Assembly: GCA_965645245.1 (NCBI GenBank)
Contig: OZ287081.1
Span: 682,001-746,000 of the forward strand
Reading direction: 5' to 3'
Source of the DNA: Massalongia carnosa
Lineage: Eukaryota
DNA: 64,000 nt
Shown: piece after piece, positions 11,194 to 24,331 of the stretch
How the letters are laid out: each line of letters begins with the position of its first letter
Position numbering within the stretch: position 1 is the stretch's first letter
Position numbers and translations under genes: made by a program
The notes under the pieces: model-generated
What the model saw: the letters and a program-made list of their open reading frames with translations, nothing else
Databases searched by the model: none
Told to the model about the DNA's origin: nothing

Positions 11194-12991
11194 ATGACCG
11201 AGGTACTTTCAATACCAAGCCAGCCTGACGGGTCCTCACTTTTTGGTAGACCAAGTTTACTCCGTCATTCTTCCTCTCAAACATCATTCCTTTCGCAGAG
11301 TGCTACATCTTTCTCTCGCTCATCCATAAATATCAAACCCTCGTTCTCGGATGCGCGGTACGAAAACCGCCAGCCTGCTTCTCTTCCTTCCTCGGCACCA
11401 TCGTCTCCTCGCTGCGCACAGCCCGAGTACTCCAATCAGCCATCCTATACGTCTACTCCTTCGAGTAGTCTCTCCCTGGAAGAGCAATGTTGCACCGAGG
11501 ACGAAGACATCATATTTCCGTCGTACGACGACGTGGGAGATTACCAACCTCTGCAGGATGTGGGCCAGGATCTCGAATCGCCGACCAGCTCAGACCTTGT
11601 CAGCTCCGATACCACCATACTCACTGCAAGCGTTACCCTCCTTGTTACGCCCTCGTACCTGGATCGGACGGATCCTCAGGCAGGTGCCGGAGACGATAGT
11701 GTCTTGAGGAGAGAACCTACAAGGCACGTTGATTATCTTTCACACAATTGGAAAGAAGAAGATATCTGGTCTTCGTGGAAACATGTTGTTGCGAAACGGA
11801 GAGCTTATAGCAACAGCCCTAGGCTAGAGAATGCGTCTTGGAGAAGTTGGACCAAGGCGAAATATCGATTGAAGACCGTCGCGCCTGAGAAATTGAATTG
11901 GTATGCTGGCCATCAACTGTCATTATCTGATTTTCACATTCTTCCAAGCCTAGATTATTCTAACACAATCTAGGATGAAGGACCATGATGTTACCTGGCT
12001 TTACGGCCCTCTCCAGACTGGCGTTACAAAAAATTTAGACTCGGACTCTACCCCACCGGCGAGCCAACTTTCAAGAACTAATTCATTTGCTTCCAAAAAA
12101 CCCATCCTCAAGAAGCGAAGTCTGTCGGAGTTGATGCTTCAGCAGTCGTTGTCATCGTCAACTCTTATGAAACAAGCCACCGATGCTCTTCGTGCCCAAC
12201 AGCCGGCGGTCCGCTTGCGAGACCGACCTATCCTTTGTCATCGAGCATTATCGGACCTTGTTACGTCGTCGAAACCCATATCAACCTATCCCAAGCCTCT
12301 AGCCCATCAAATCCCCGCCGGTCCTTCTCTGTCGACCTCTGGTGCGCAGACGCCCTGCACAAAGCGCCACATACATTTTAACAACAAAGTGGAACAGTGT
12401 ATCGCGATTAATAAATCTGGCGACGACTATGATTACTACAATGCCATAGCTGACGACTCGTCAGACGATGATTTGCTAATGATGAAGCCTGTGAGCAACA
12501 ACAAAGCAAAGCTGAGCAACCCCAGTACGCCGAGGAACAGCTTCAGCGGGGACGGCAAGACTATTGCAATGCTTCCCTCCACCACATTAAAGTATCGAGG
12601 AGATACGCCGGAGCCGGTGGAGCAAAAGGTGAAACAGAAAGGATTATTTTGGAACGCTGCTTCCAAGCTATCACCATCGCCGTCGCTCGAAACTCTGAAA
12701 CCAAAGACACCCTCGGCCAATTTCCTCCTCGACGATGACGATGATGATTTGGATATGAACTGGCAGCCGTTGCCCATTAGGCGAAATAGCCTACATTCGC
12801 TGCAATCACCGGGTTCGTATGACAGCTCAACTGACGACAAGAGCGGAATGCACCGAACTCCATCTGGTATGTTTATGCCCGATGATGAGGAAGGCATTCA
12901 TACCACAGGGATTTTAGGCAAGGTCTTCGACACAGTCAATACCGCCAAGGATATTGCACATGTAATCTGGAATGTGGGATGGCGAGCGTGA
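11194..12991 (+). CDS. REG1: REG1/Hex2-like PP1 regulatory subunit (DUF1752 domain); intron 11901-11973
   Basis: HVDYLSHNWKEEDIWSSWK, RLENASWRSWTK, LNW/MKDHDVTWLYGP, KKPILKKRS, an RVxF-like PP1 motif RHIHFNNKVEQCIA, and C-terminal NTAKDIAHVIWNVGW. Confidence 0.8.
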
Positions 12992-13764
12992 ATCGGTCGA
13001 AACATCTTATCAAATGGCTGTAACAGTGGAGGGAAGGAATCTCCACCAGGCTGGCACGGAGTTAGGGCTTCTTGGCAGGAGCTACAGCTACCGATTTTAC
13101 CAGAAGCCCGGTCTTTCTTGGTACTTACTTGGCGTTGGCGGCGGCATCCTGCAGGGCACGACCCTTGCTTTATGGCTTCTTTTGGCGGGGAAAAGCAACT
13201 GCTTCGGGGGGAACACCATCCTGTGATTCAGTGGTCCATATCAAAGATTTCATTTTCTTACATAGAGTCTGGGCTTCGGCTGCTAGTGTGGTTTAGGTGC
13301 ATGGATTGAGGTATTGCCGATGAACCTGATGGAATGGCATGGGACCACAGTACTAGATCTCAAGCCTAGTGGTTCACAAGGTGCCTTGACACGGACATAA
13401 GCTTCTCATTTCTTTGTATGTTTTGGTGTTTGATCTGTGCCAGAGAAGGAGGGAACGGTCTTAGCCTTCCGATAGGTACGGGTAATGGATATGCCCATCT
13501 TATTTCTCCGCGGATACAGGATAACGTAGAACTGCTCGATGTTAGGGCCTTTACCCGCAGATTAGCGTTTAAGTTTAGCGTCGCTTGATAGATGCCCTAA
13601 CAGGATCGAAGAGGGTTTAGCTTATCGATAAGCCGTAGGGCTGGTCATGTTGTGGCCATTGTCAAGCTAGCTTTGTAGACTTACAACAGTCACTGCTCTA
13701 CACTCCCAGGCATAAGACCGTTGAATGAAGTTACGTTACGTTCATTTTGTCTCAATTGGCAACA

Positions 13765-14684
13765 ATGGCCGAGATCACCACAAGTGAAACCGTACCCACA
13801 GAGCCACAAGCTCGACAAGTCATCTACTGCGGTGGTGGGCTATCTCTAATGTCGATCCCTCCCTAGTTATTTCAATGAAAGCTAACATCAACAATTGAAA
13901 GTCTGCACACTTCCTCCAGAGGTATGAGCCTGATATTACCATCTCCTTTCAAACCCCCATACCATCGTCCTCGCACCCCGCACCCTACCCCCCGATTTTA
14001 CCGAAGAAAATGCAACGAAAAAATGCCGGCTAAAGGGACGAATAGTAGACTGATCTGGCGCCTTTTGTGCTTCCCTTAGTATTGCGAGTTCGGCGGTACG
14101 GCAAAGAAATGCAGGGAGTGGCTTGAGGCCGAACACCTTGATTTACACGAGAAGCTATATTCCGAAGGTTTCCAAACCCCTGTACCTTTCTAGCCCCCTT
14201 TCCCCCACACTGGAGAAGAAGAAAGTATATGAAGCTCAACATTCTAACTCTACGCTCCCGCGGCCCCCCAAAACCAGAAGCCCTAACCGCCTCCCTTGCA
14301 ACCCTTACCCCGGATGCCCAAAAGCGTGCTCAAAAAGACACGCTCAAGAAAGAAGCCCGCGCCCTTGCTGCTGAGACTAAATCCCACGAAGCTAAGCTCG
14401 CCGCCAAAGTGCAAATCAAGCGCGTCGAGCGTAACAAGCGCAAATTCGTCACCGCCGTGGCGGGGCTGGAGGCGCACGGGATGGACCTGAAGAAGGTGGC
14501 CAAGGAGTGGGGAAAGCGATTCGCGACGGGGAGCTCGGTGACGAAGACGCCGAGCGGGGGGGAGGAAGTAGTGGTGCAGGGGGACAACAGCGATGAGATT
14601 TTCGAATGGGTTACGGGCGTCGGTGGAGTGCCGGAGGGAAATGTAGAGTTGGTGGAGGATCGGAAGAAGAAGGGGGGTGGGTAG
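13765..14684 (+). CDS. TMA22: Translation machinery-associated protein 22 (DENR homologue, SUI1 domain); 4 exons
   Basis: Spliced N-terminus ...[29 protein letters not shown], then SUI1 domain KRVERNKRKFVT...KRFATGSSVTK...VVQGD. Introns 13835-13901, 13922-14079 and 14168-14277. Confidence 0.93.
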
Positions 14685-15407
14685 GTAGGTAGGTAGGTAG
14701 ATGTGAAGGAGAGGAGGGAAGATAATGAATGATAGGAATAAGGAAAGACGAGTTTTATTAGTGTTTTGTACGGGTATCAAGGATGATGAAATGAACCTTT
14801 TCCACGGAACTCGATTACCCTTCATCTTATCTCATTACCCCTTTCCATCCATCTCCCTCTCCTCCTCTCCCTTCCTCCCCCCCTTCGTATTTTCTCGCTC
14901 ACCATCAATCTCCCTTCCCTACCCAACCCCATACCGCCAACTACATTCAGTTTCCATCCCCTCTTCTCTCTCTCGGGCTCGGATCGCACTAGAGATCGGA
15001 GGAGATACGGCACTTAGCATCCAACATGGCAAGAGGGGACAGCGAGCAGTCGGGCTACCGATGGATAGATGATAGAAAGATAGATAGATCTCTGAATAAA
15101 GTATTTATAAAATAAAAAAAATAGAAAGTAGAATCATCCACTCATAATACGCCGGCCAGAACGCTGATGATCATATGGTGTCGTGGCCGCAGAAAAATGA
15201 AATCGCTGGGCGTTTCTTCGGGAATGTTCGTGAGATCCGCGGCGGTGGCGTCGTTATCGTTATCGTTCGTTTGTGGCTGATTGATAGATAAGTTTCCTGA
15301 TGTACTATGCTACACCACGCCACGCTTTCAGACATGAAGAAGAAAAGAAAAGAAAAGGAATCCATGGGTAAATAACCGATCCTCCCCCCCACGCAATATT
15401 TTCGTTA

Positions 15408-16587
15408 TCACATCCCTTCCCTCTCCTCTTCAAGCTCCTGTCTCAAATGCCTCACCACATCCCTATAGGTCTCCTTCTCCGCTCTCAAAGCCGCAATGCT
15501 CCCCTGGAGCTCAGCGATCACCTCGTTTTTCCTCGCTACTAGCGCTCGCGAGATATCCCGCCCCTTGAAAACTCCCCGCACGTGCATGCTGTGGCGGTGG
15601 CCAATGGCGCGGATCCCGTCCACCAAGTCGGCGGGAACGGTGACGTGGGCGTTGTGCAAAAGCTGTAGGATATCGGCCGCGATGTCGGAGTCTACGATTG
15701 GGTGATGGATGGGCGTGGAGCGTAGGGTAGTGGGCGTTTCGCCGGGGGAGGGGGGTAAATGGGTGGGGGTGAAGAGGTTTGCGGGGCGAGGGATGGTGGT
15801 GGGGGTGCTGAAAACGTCATCGCTCTGCAGGGTCTTTGTGGATGCGGGGGTTGTCCATGATGTGTTTGGGTGGGAGGGATTGCGGGCCATCTCATCGTGG
15901 TTGCGTTTTCCGGGGGTGGAGAACACGCTAGGTTTTAAAGCTTTGCGGGGGGTTTCCGGGGGCGCCATGGAGGCGATGGGGATTTGACTGACGGCTTTGG
16001 AGAGCCCTTCGTCGTCGCTGGAGGGCCAATCGTAGAACTCTTCGTCATCTTCTTCATCCTCAAGTGCGGGTTGGAGAGGGGAACCGATTGACAGGATACT
16101 TTGGGTAAAGGAACGGCGTGCGCTGGAGGTTTTTGAGGGGGTAGATGGAGTTTGAGTCTCCGGATTCTTGGAGTGTTTTCGGCTCTTGACACTCGACTGC
16201 GGGGTAAGAAACCCTACCGTGAAAGACTTCACGGGCGTTTGAGGCACAGATAGAGGCTCGGAGCACGAATTATTCAAGACAGCACTCGCCTCACGAGGCT
16301 TGGCCTCGTCATCCCAGAGAAAGAAATCGCAGCGGAGGGGTTGAGGTTTCTGACACGTGTAGACTGCAAACCATGCACTGTTAGCTAGGTACCATCAGCA
16401 CTATAAGGAATGCCATACACCATCGTCCATGATACTTCCCCCCATTTTTGGTTTGGAGGCGCTGCGCTGGCAGCCTTGGATCACAGCTGCAGCGCCAGAC
16501 TCCATCTGAGAAAAGACCTTTCAACGGGACTTTCTGTATCGTGCCATGTTTCCCTCTGCTTCTTCCTTTGCTACGGCCGTTGAACAT
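15408..16587 (-). CDS. GRF-type zinc finger protein; intron 16418-16364
   Basis: WRCSCDPRLPA...GKYHGRWFYTCQKPQPLRCDFFLWDD after splicing, followed by a low-complexity S/T/P region and a C-terminal coiled coil. Confidence 0.85.
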
Positions 16588-17959
16588 GGTAAATGTTAAG
16601 GCTATGAGGGAAAGGCATGATCAAGTCAGCTGATCCAGTCCTTAAACAGCTCTAACAGCACTACGTATACTCTATTCGTTTTAAACCGCATTTGCAATAC
16701 GCTAAAATTGGCTATGGCAAAACGACTAAAGTGCTATCAAAGTAAATGGGCACGTGATGGGGTATGCTAATTAGCGTATCGAGTAGTCAGTTAGTCGTAC
16801 GAGAAGAGTATCTAGAGAGCAAATCTCCCCTGATAAGTTTTACGAGTACGAGGATCAACAATCGTTTCAATCAAATAGACGGCAATGACAGAATCATGTA
16901 CCATTACGGAACCCTCCCCTCCAAATCTAATATGTACTTCAGATAAAGTGGCCGTGACGTCTGGTCGGTTTTATAGCTATTCGGTGACGCTTTCCTTTTT
17001 ACCCTTACACCCAAGTCTCGTCCAATGGTCTCAAAGATCTATAGGCGTAGAGAACTACACGTCTCTAGGTAACCCTGTATGGCCGTTGTAGGATGTCCAT
17101 TCAATTTTCCTATGCTCTGAACGTGATTTTTCTTCACACTCAACTTTTTGTGGAAACGGCGCACAATTTCTGCACTACAGTCCTGCTCAGCAACAGAATG
17201 GGTTTTACTTTATGAGTTTCATTTGGTATATGGGTTTCTCTACTTCACCTAGATTATGAAGATATCTATATCAGAAATCTGAGATCGGAGTGCTTTCTTA
17301 GGCCTATGGGTCATAATCGAGATGAAAAAAGGGTTAAGCGTACAGCAATCGAAGCAACATGGATTGCACATGAGATGGCAAAGGTGTTGGTTCGTAAATT
17401 TTCGAAGTACCTTCCACAGAGGACGAGAGGCTGAACTCATAGACAAAGGACTGCAAGAATGCATGCCCACCCTGATCTGGCGGTCCCGATTGAGAGACTC
17501 GGTCATACACACAGAGCCTTTATATTAATAAATGCAAACCTCAATTCAGAGTATTCTTGAAGAATTGGAGCCAGCCATTCGTACCATGTCTAACCCGTAC
17601 GGGACTCTTACGGCAAAAGCTTCAGCAGTAAGCAACTGACGAGCGAGTCACCTAGCATGGGGTAGTTCCAGCACTTTGGTCTATCACAACGTGGTTTTAG
17701 GCGTGGCATACCGAAACAATATTACCTACTATTTATCCCGCAGATAACCGTTCCTCATGTTGTCTCTCAGAGGGTTTCCCCCAAGTTTGGGAGGTTTCAA
17801 GGCTCCAACCATGACTTTAGGTTTGGTATTGGATTGCGTTTACATTATTCTTGTGCCTACAAGTCAAGCAAACGAGAGTTTGGGAATTAAAGTATGCTGC
17901 AAGTCTCGTTGACATACTGACAACGTCTCGCGTTCTTACGGCATTTTAGCACTATGGAC

Positions 17960-18835
17960 ATGAAATGGGCTTTCCTAGTCTTCAACAGCATATTTTCTTC
18001 TTAAATTTACCATTGGGCTAGGCAAATTTTCGAATAAAGTCTACAAAAGCTTTGCTAAACTACCTAGATTACTGATCATGTCATCCAGCGTATGGTCAAC
18101 AGATTCTTGTATATGCCTACGCAGCAGCTTTAAGTTTGATGCCTAACACTGAAAATATACAAACCTTCACTCCCATAAGTCTTTCCTGGCTAGGACACAA
18201 TAGGATTATCACCCCGCTGAAATATCACGACACAACAGGTAGGTAGGTACTTATTAGGGCCGTTTATCGCCTTCCTAGTTCATTTCCTATCGAAGCTCAA
18301 TGCCAACTCGCCGAACCCATTCCCTCAAATCTCTTCTAAGAATTGAATACTCATCGACTAACAAAAAGAATTTCCAATCAACTTCAGCCGACCGCCAATC
18401 AAAATCATGCGTAATAACCATATAGCTGGCTATTCCTGGCCTTATGTATTGGCTTCGTTTAACGACATTCGAGAAACAGCACTCACGGTTGCGCAGAGAT
18501 GCGTGTACCAGAGACGAGGCATTGGCGGATTCGTGACCTATGGCCTTCAAAGAGCAGTCTTGGGTATTTCAAGACACTACCCTAGGACTTGGGGTTTCGG
18601 TAAGTCTGCTCGTGTCGAAGTGGCAATCTACAAGCAAGAGCCCTTCGATGGCGCCGCAGACGCCACATGTGCTTGGGGCGTAGTGTTGAGTCATCAAGGC
18701 GATGTCAGACAATGTTCCGCTGAAGAACCTCGTGCTAGACCGCCGAAGCACGGGCTCAGAGGGAATTCCACCATGTTAACTAGGAAGAATGGAAAGAAGC
18801 GGGTACTATTCACTGTTAGGGGTTTCCATGGGTAA
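17960..18835 (+). pseudogene. Disabled small secreted cysteine-containing protein gene
   Basis: Signal-peptide-like MKWAFLVFNSI/FLLKFTIGL needs a 1-nt shift. Next exon DY*SCHPAYGQQILVYAYAAALSLMPNT...TPLKYHDTT has an in-frame TGA at 18073 and a GTAGGT donor at 18239. Then SCVITI, a frameshift, and AGYSWPYVLASFNDIRETALTVAQRCVYQRRGIGGFV. Confidence 0.55.
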
Positions 18836-19929
18836 AGTTCTCGCTCTCAAAAGGAAGCCGAAGAAAAACAAAAGGGGAGTTGGAGGGTCTCAATGTCTCC
18901 ATATGATTGTAGTCAAGAAGCTGCGGGTAACAACGAAAAGCTATAACTATTTTATATATATTTTTTCTCTATACTCAACGCCCCGAAACCCAACTTTCAG
19001 CCTCCCAACCCCCCCCACCCCCTAAATCCCTGTTGATCTTACCCGTGGAGCCCTTTGCTCCCCTTATCTATATAGTCATCACGGTTGAAGCAGATCACCT
19101 ACCGGTCCTCTCATTTCGTTGATAAATGCAAGGTACACGGCCCAACATTCTCAAGCAGGAATAAGTGAAACAGCACGAAATTTAGGTATTAAATGGGCCA
19201 GCTAAAACAGGAGACGATGGCCTCATCCAACCCCCCTTTTTTTATTTCTTCTGCCAATTTAACCCCCCCAAACCAAAAGTTATTGCATTTCTCTACATTC
19301 CGCTCTTGCCCCTCCTTCTTTTATCCCTCTCCTCGCTAGCAGGGATAGAAGAAAGGAGTAGAGATAAAAGAGGGGGGGGGGGGCGTGGGGGAGGGGGCTA
19401 TTACTGAATGGACGGAGGAAGAACTTGAATGAATGAATGGATGGAAGAGAGAGAGAATCGGTGCTAGTAGTAATATAGGTATAGATACTTTAGAGATTCC
19501 AAAGAAGCGGGGGAGTGAAGGAAGTAGGAATAGGCCAGGATAAAAGAAAAGGGGAGAGAAAAGGGGAAAGAAAAGGGGAAAGAAAAGGAGGAGGATGCTA
19601 AGATATGTAAATATCTAAGGCTTTTTTATTTGTTAGGGATATTGACCGATGGCGGAGGGCGGGGCCCGGGGGAAGGGTGGAAGGAGGGGGGTTGGTATGA
19701 TGGTGATGGATCGAGGGATGAGATTACATAATAATCTGTATGGAGGTGCGGGTTTAGGATATATAGGTAGATAGTTGGCCGAGAGGAAAGCAGAGATTAT
19801 GGGTGGGAGCTAAGCAGCGAAACGAATTTATGGAAAAAGTGCTCGGAAGGGAGGGAATGCTTGGAATATCAACTATTAAAAATCCGTTGTTTCCTCATTC
19901 ATGATTTGGGTATCGATCTTATGAACCTC

Positions 19930-21940
19930 CTACCGTGACAAAGCAATATCGTCGATCCTCAAAATCATCTTTACCGTCTCCGCCGCCAGCTCCACCGCAC
20001 TCGTACTTACCAGCAACGGCTGCAGCACTTTCTCGTCCGCGATATCATCCTTGACGCCGCCGCTACGAATACTCACCCCGGCATTCTTCTGCCCTAGTTC
20101 ATGCTTGTGCCTCAGGTTCGTCACCACATTGATGCTGTTCAGGCCTGCGTTCTCCGCCAGCGTAGTTGGGATGACCTCCATCGCGTCGGCGAACGCCTTC
20201 CAGCAAATAGCCTCGGTGCCTGTGAGGCTGCGTGACTGTGCAGAGAGGGCCTGTGCAATGGCAATCTCGGGGGCGCCGCCGCCGGCGATGAGCGCCCGCT
20301 TTTTTACCAGGCAACGGATCACGCATAGGGCGTCGTGGAGAGAGCGTTCGGCTTCGTCCAGAATCAAGGAATTAGCGCCGCGGCAGATGATAGAGACGGT
20401 GGAGCCTGCAGATTTGTGCGTTACGCCGGTTACTTTTACGGTGCGGGAGCCTGAGGATTGCACCTCCTCAATTAGCTCGGCGGAGCCGAGTTTGTCTTCG
20501 GTGAAGGAGTCGATGTCGGCAATTGGTTTGCAGCCGGTTGACTTTGAAAAGAGGTTAGGCTTCTGAGAGTCTATTATTGGGATATAAGGGGTTATGGGTA
20601 CCTTGCAGATGAATTCTACTTCGTCTCGTTCAATGTCTTTGACCGCGAGGATATTGAGCTTTGCAAGAAAATGTAGGCTTAGATCGTTGACAGCATCTCT
20701 TAAGATGGATTTTTGTATGAGTAAGACATTGCATTTGGCTTTTTTGATCTTTTTCACCAGATTCAAGAGATATGTGCGCTCTTCTTTCAGTATTTTATCC
20801 ATTTGACGGTAGTCATTTACTACAATTTGGTTTTCCATCTGTCTCACGTTAGATGCACGAAACAGATGCTGAACATACTGAACCCACATCTGGCTTAGGA
20901 GGGCTAAGTTGAAATTGTATCAGTCCTATTTTGGCTTTCTCCATTCGCGCTGGCCCGCCGCCACTTTTTATCACGGCCTGGTTAAGGACTAGTCCATCAA
21001 TCATCTCACTATCCTCAATCGTTCCGCCTACTTTCTTGATTATTCGTATATTCTTCAAGTCAACATTATCTGCAGTTTTCTGGTCAATGGTTTTTAAGAC
21101 AGCATCCACTGCAATAGGACCAAGTAGATTTGAATGCTGTGATACAATCTTCGAAGACAAGGACGTGGATGCTGCTTGTAAGAGTGTGGCTCTATCTGAT
21201 AACGAGATTGGATGGGACATTTCGGTCAAAGTTTTGACCGCAGCGGCTGCAGCCCTTTGAAAAGACTCGGAAATGACTGTAGGATGTATGCCTTCGATCT
21301 GTCAGTTTTGGACTTAGCATCGCCGAAGAATACCTGCCTTTTGCAAGTAATCTATCCGCTGCGCCTAGCAAACTCCCTGCAATAACCACCACAGAGGTTG
21401 TGCCATCTCCGGCCTCCACATCCTGAGCTGCGCTAAGGTCCACGAGCATCTTTGCTGCTGGATGCATGACACTCATGCCCTTTAGCATAGTGTTACCATC
21501 GTTTGTCTGTGAAACATTAACGGCTTTACACTTAGCTGTTTTTGCGGCGCATAGCATACGATAATTGTTTCGCCTTTGCCAGTTTGAATCTATGTCAAAG
21601 TCAGGCAAATATCTAACCAGGAGCGATTACACCATACCATCTTATCCATACCCCTCGGCCCAAGAGACTGCACATCCGTGTCAGATACCCATCAACGCAC
21701 CGAGATTTACATACTCACTGTTCTTATAGCATCTGCAACAGCTGCCGGAGTTCAGCAGTGCCCGCTGAAAGAAGGCATACGGCATACCTCGAGCTGCCAT
21801 GATATTGGCATTTCGTACTGCCATAGGCTTCTCCTTGTCCTATGAAAATAGGTTAGTTTGTTAGTCAATAAATATCTAAGCTCTTTGTCATCTACCTTGA
21901 AGGCATTATTGCTAGAGTTGGCACTCAGAGTTGCTGCCAT
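19930..21940 (-). CDS. CCT4: T-complex protein 1 subunit delta (CCT chaperonin); multi-exon with several short 5' exons
   Basis: [62 protein letters not shown] and MILRIDDI are all CCT4 signatures. Confidence 0.97.
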
Positions 21941-22389
21941 TGCTATGTTAAATACTCTAAGCTGCCAGAGCTTGTAGTTTAAGATTCAGAATGATAAGAA
22001 CAAGGCAAATCTAGATCAACTTGATTTTCGGCTGCTTATGAGCTTGGATTGCTTAATTTGAGTTAAATTATTAGATCCACACCCTACGTGCGAATAACTA
22101 ATTAGTTAACGCAGCAGGTTAGCGTGGCTTTAATTACGGGCCGGGAGTATTCCGCCTTGATCTATCACTGCATCACCATAAGTCAACTCCCCTCCTACAT
22201 GCTTTACTTACTACGAAATTTATTTCTCTACTTCTTGTTCTAATTCTCGCCTGCAGAATCAGTCCTTTACTCCCCGACAATCGTAGGGGTGAATATCTCC
22301 GCTTGTGTTACTCGTCTACGTTGCGAAATCTCAAACCGTTCCTACTCGCCCTTACCTGATCTTGGGCAGTGAGCCAGGAAGGGACCGCC

Positions 22390-23919
22390 ATGCCTAGCGC
22401 AACGGGGCAGAGCTGGGAGAAATACAAAAAGGAATTTGCGGATGATGAAGAGCCGGAGAAAAAGATAACGCCTCTTACCGATGAGTCAGTAGAGTAATGG
22501 ATGTTACTATGTAAATTCTAACTTAGTAATCCCTAGAGATATACAAGTACTTAAGACTTATGGAGCTGCACCTTACGCTGCCGCGTTGAGACGCTTAGAA
22601 AAACAAATCAAGGAGAAGCAGACTAGCGTAAATGAAAAGATAGGTTGGTCTAGAAAGTATCTTGAAGACTGTTAGTATCTGAAACTGATAACACTTTATA
22701 GGAGTCAAGGTATTCACGCTCATCCAGTTGATGCTGTGCTGTTTAACAAAGTCTAGGAATCGGATACAGGTCTTGCGCCACCGCATCTATGGGATATTGC
22801 TGCAGATCGGCAACGAATGCAAGAAGATCATCCTTTACAAGTTGCTAGGTGTACAAAGATCATACAAGATGAGAAAGATAACGACAAGAGCAAATATGTT
22901 ATCAACGTTAAGCAGATTGCAAAATTCGTAGTCAAGCTGGGGGAGCGAGTGAGTCCAACAGATATTGAAGAGGGCATGCGAGTTGGGTAAATACGTACGG
23001 CATACGGTGGTCTAGTCTATTGCTAACGTAAGCATGAAGCGTGGACCGCAACAAATATGAGATTCTTTTACCACTTCCACCAAAGATCGATCCCAGCGTC
23101 ACAATGATGACCGTTGAAGACAAACCCGATGTAACTTATGGCGATGTGGGCGGCTGCAAGGAGCAAATCGAAAAAATCCGTGAAGTGGTCGAAATGCCTC
23201 TACTTTCTCCCGAACGCTTCGTTAGCCTAGGTATCGACCCTCCAAAAGGTGCTCTCCTTTATGGACCTCCAGGAACCGGCAAAACACTTTGTGCGCGCGC
23301 AGTGGCCAATCGAACAGATGCGACTTTTATACGAGTAATAGGAAGCGAGCTAGTTCAAAAATATGTCGGTGAAGGTGCTAGGATGGTGAGGGAACTTTTT
23401 GAGATGGCAAGGACCAAGAAGGCTTGCATCATTTTCTTTGACGAAATCGATGCTATTGGCGGGGCTCGTTTTGATGATGGTGCTGGAGGAGATAATGAAG
23501 TACAGAGGACTATGTTGGAATTAATCACCCAGCTTGATGGCTTCGACTCCAGAGGGAACATCAAAGTAATGTTCGCTACGAATCGACCGTCTACACTTGA
23601 TCCTGCGCTTATGCGGCCGGGTCGGATTGATCGAAAGATTGAATTCTCACTACCTGATTCCGATGGCCGTGCAAATATCCTTCGAATCCACGCCAAAAGC
23701 ATGTCCGTAGAGCGGGATATTCGATGGGAGCTGATTTCAAGGTTATGTCCCAACAGCACGGGTGCAGAGCTGAGGAGTGTGGCTACGGAAGCTGGGATGT
23801 TCGCAATCCGAGCAAGGAGAAAGGTAGCAACCGAGAAAGATTTCTTGGCAGCTGTGGACAAGGTTATCAAGGGGAACCTGAAGTTCAACTCTACAGCAAC
23901 ATACATGCAGTATAACTAG
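22390..23919 (+). CDS. RPT1: 26S proteasome regulatory AAA-ATPase subunit 7 (Rpt1/Cim5); 5 exons
   Basis: N-terminus [30 protein letters not shown], Walker A GPPGTGKT, Walker B FFDEID, and C-terminal [11 protein letters not shown]. Confidence 0.97.
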
Positions 23920-24331
23920 AGAAGGCGGACTTACATTGGGCCTGATCTAGATGAGGAAACTCGCTCAGGGGTAAGTAATCGTTGGGAAACCGTGTTTACA
24001 TTTGTACTGTATTGTATTACTTGGCATGTCGCATTGTAATAACAAGTTGATGCTGATTATTAGCAAATTCCATCCAGTACAGCATGGAAGAATCTTTAAA
24101 AGTAGGTGAGCCAGAAGCATTTGCTATATGCCTATTCATAGCGCTTGGGACTGAATGGAACTATTATAATATTGAACGCTCATTGGCAAGCTCTAACCTC
24201 GGATTTATCTAACTATTTGGGCCTAGTGCGGAGTACATATCTTAATGCATCTCCGCCATCGTCATCTTCAACTTCGGCCGTCGTTCAGCGCCACTTTCTT
24301 GTCTGAACCACTCAAGCTCACTATCGCCAAG

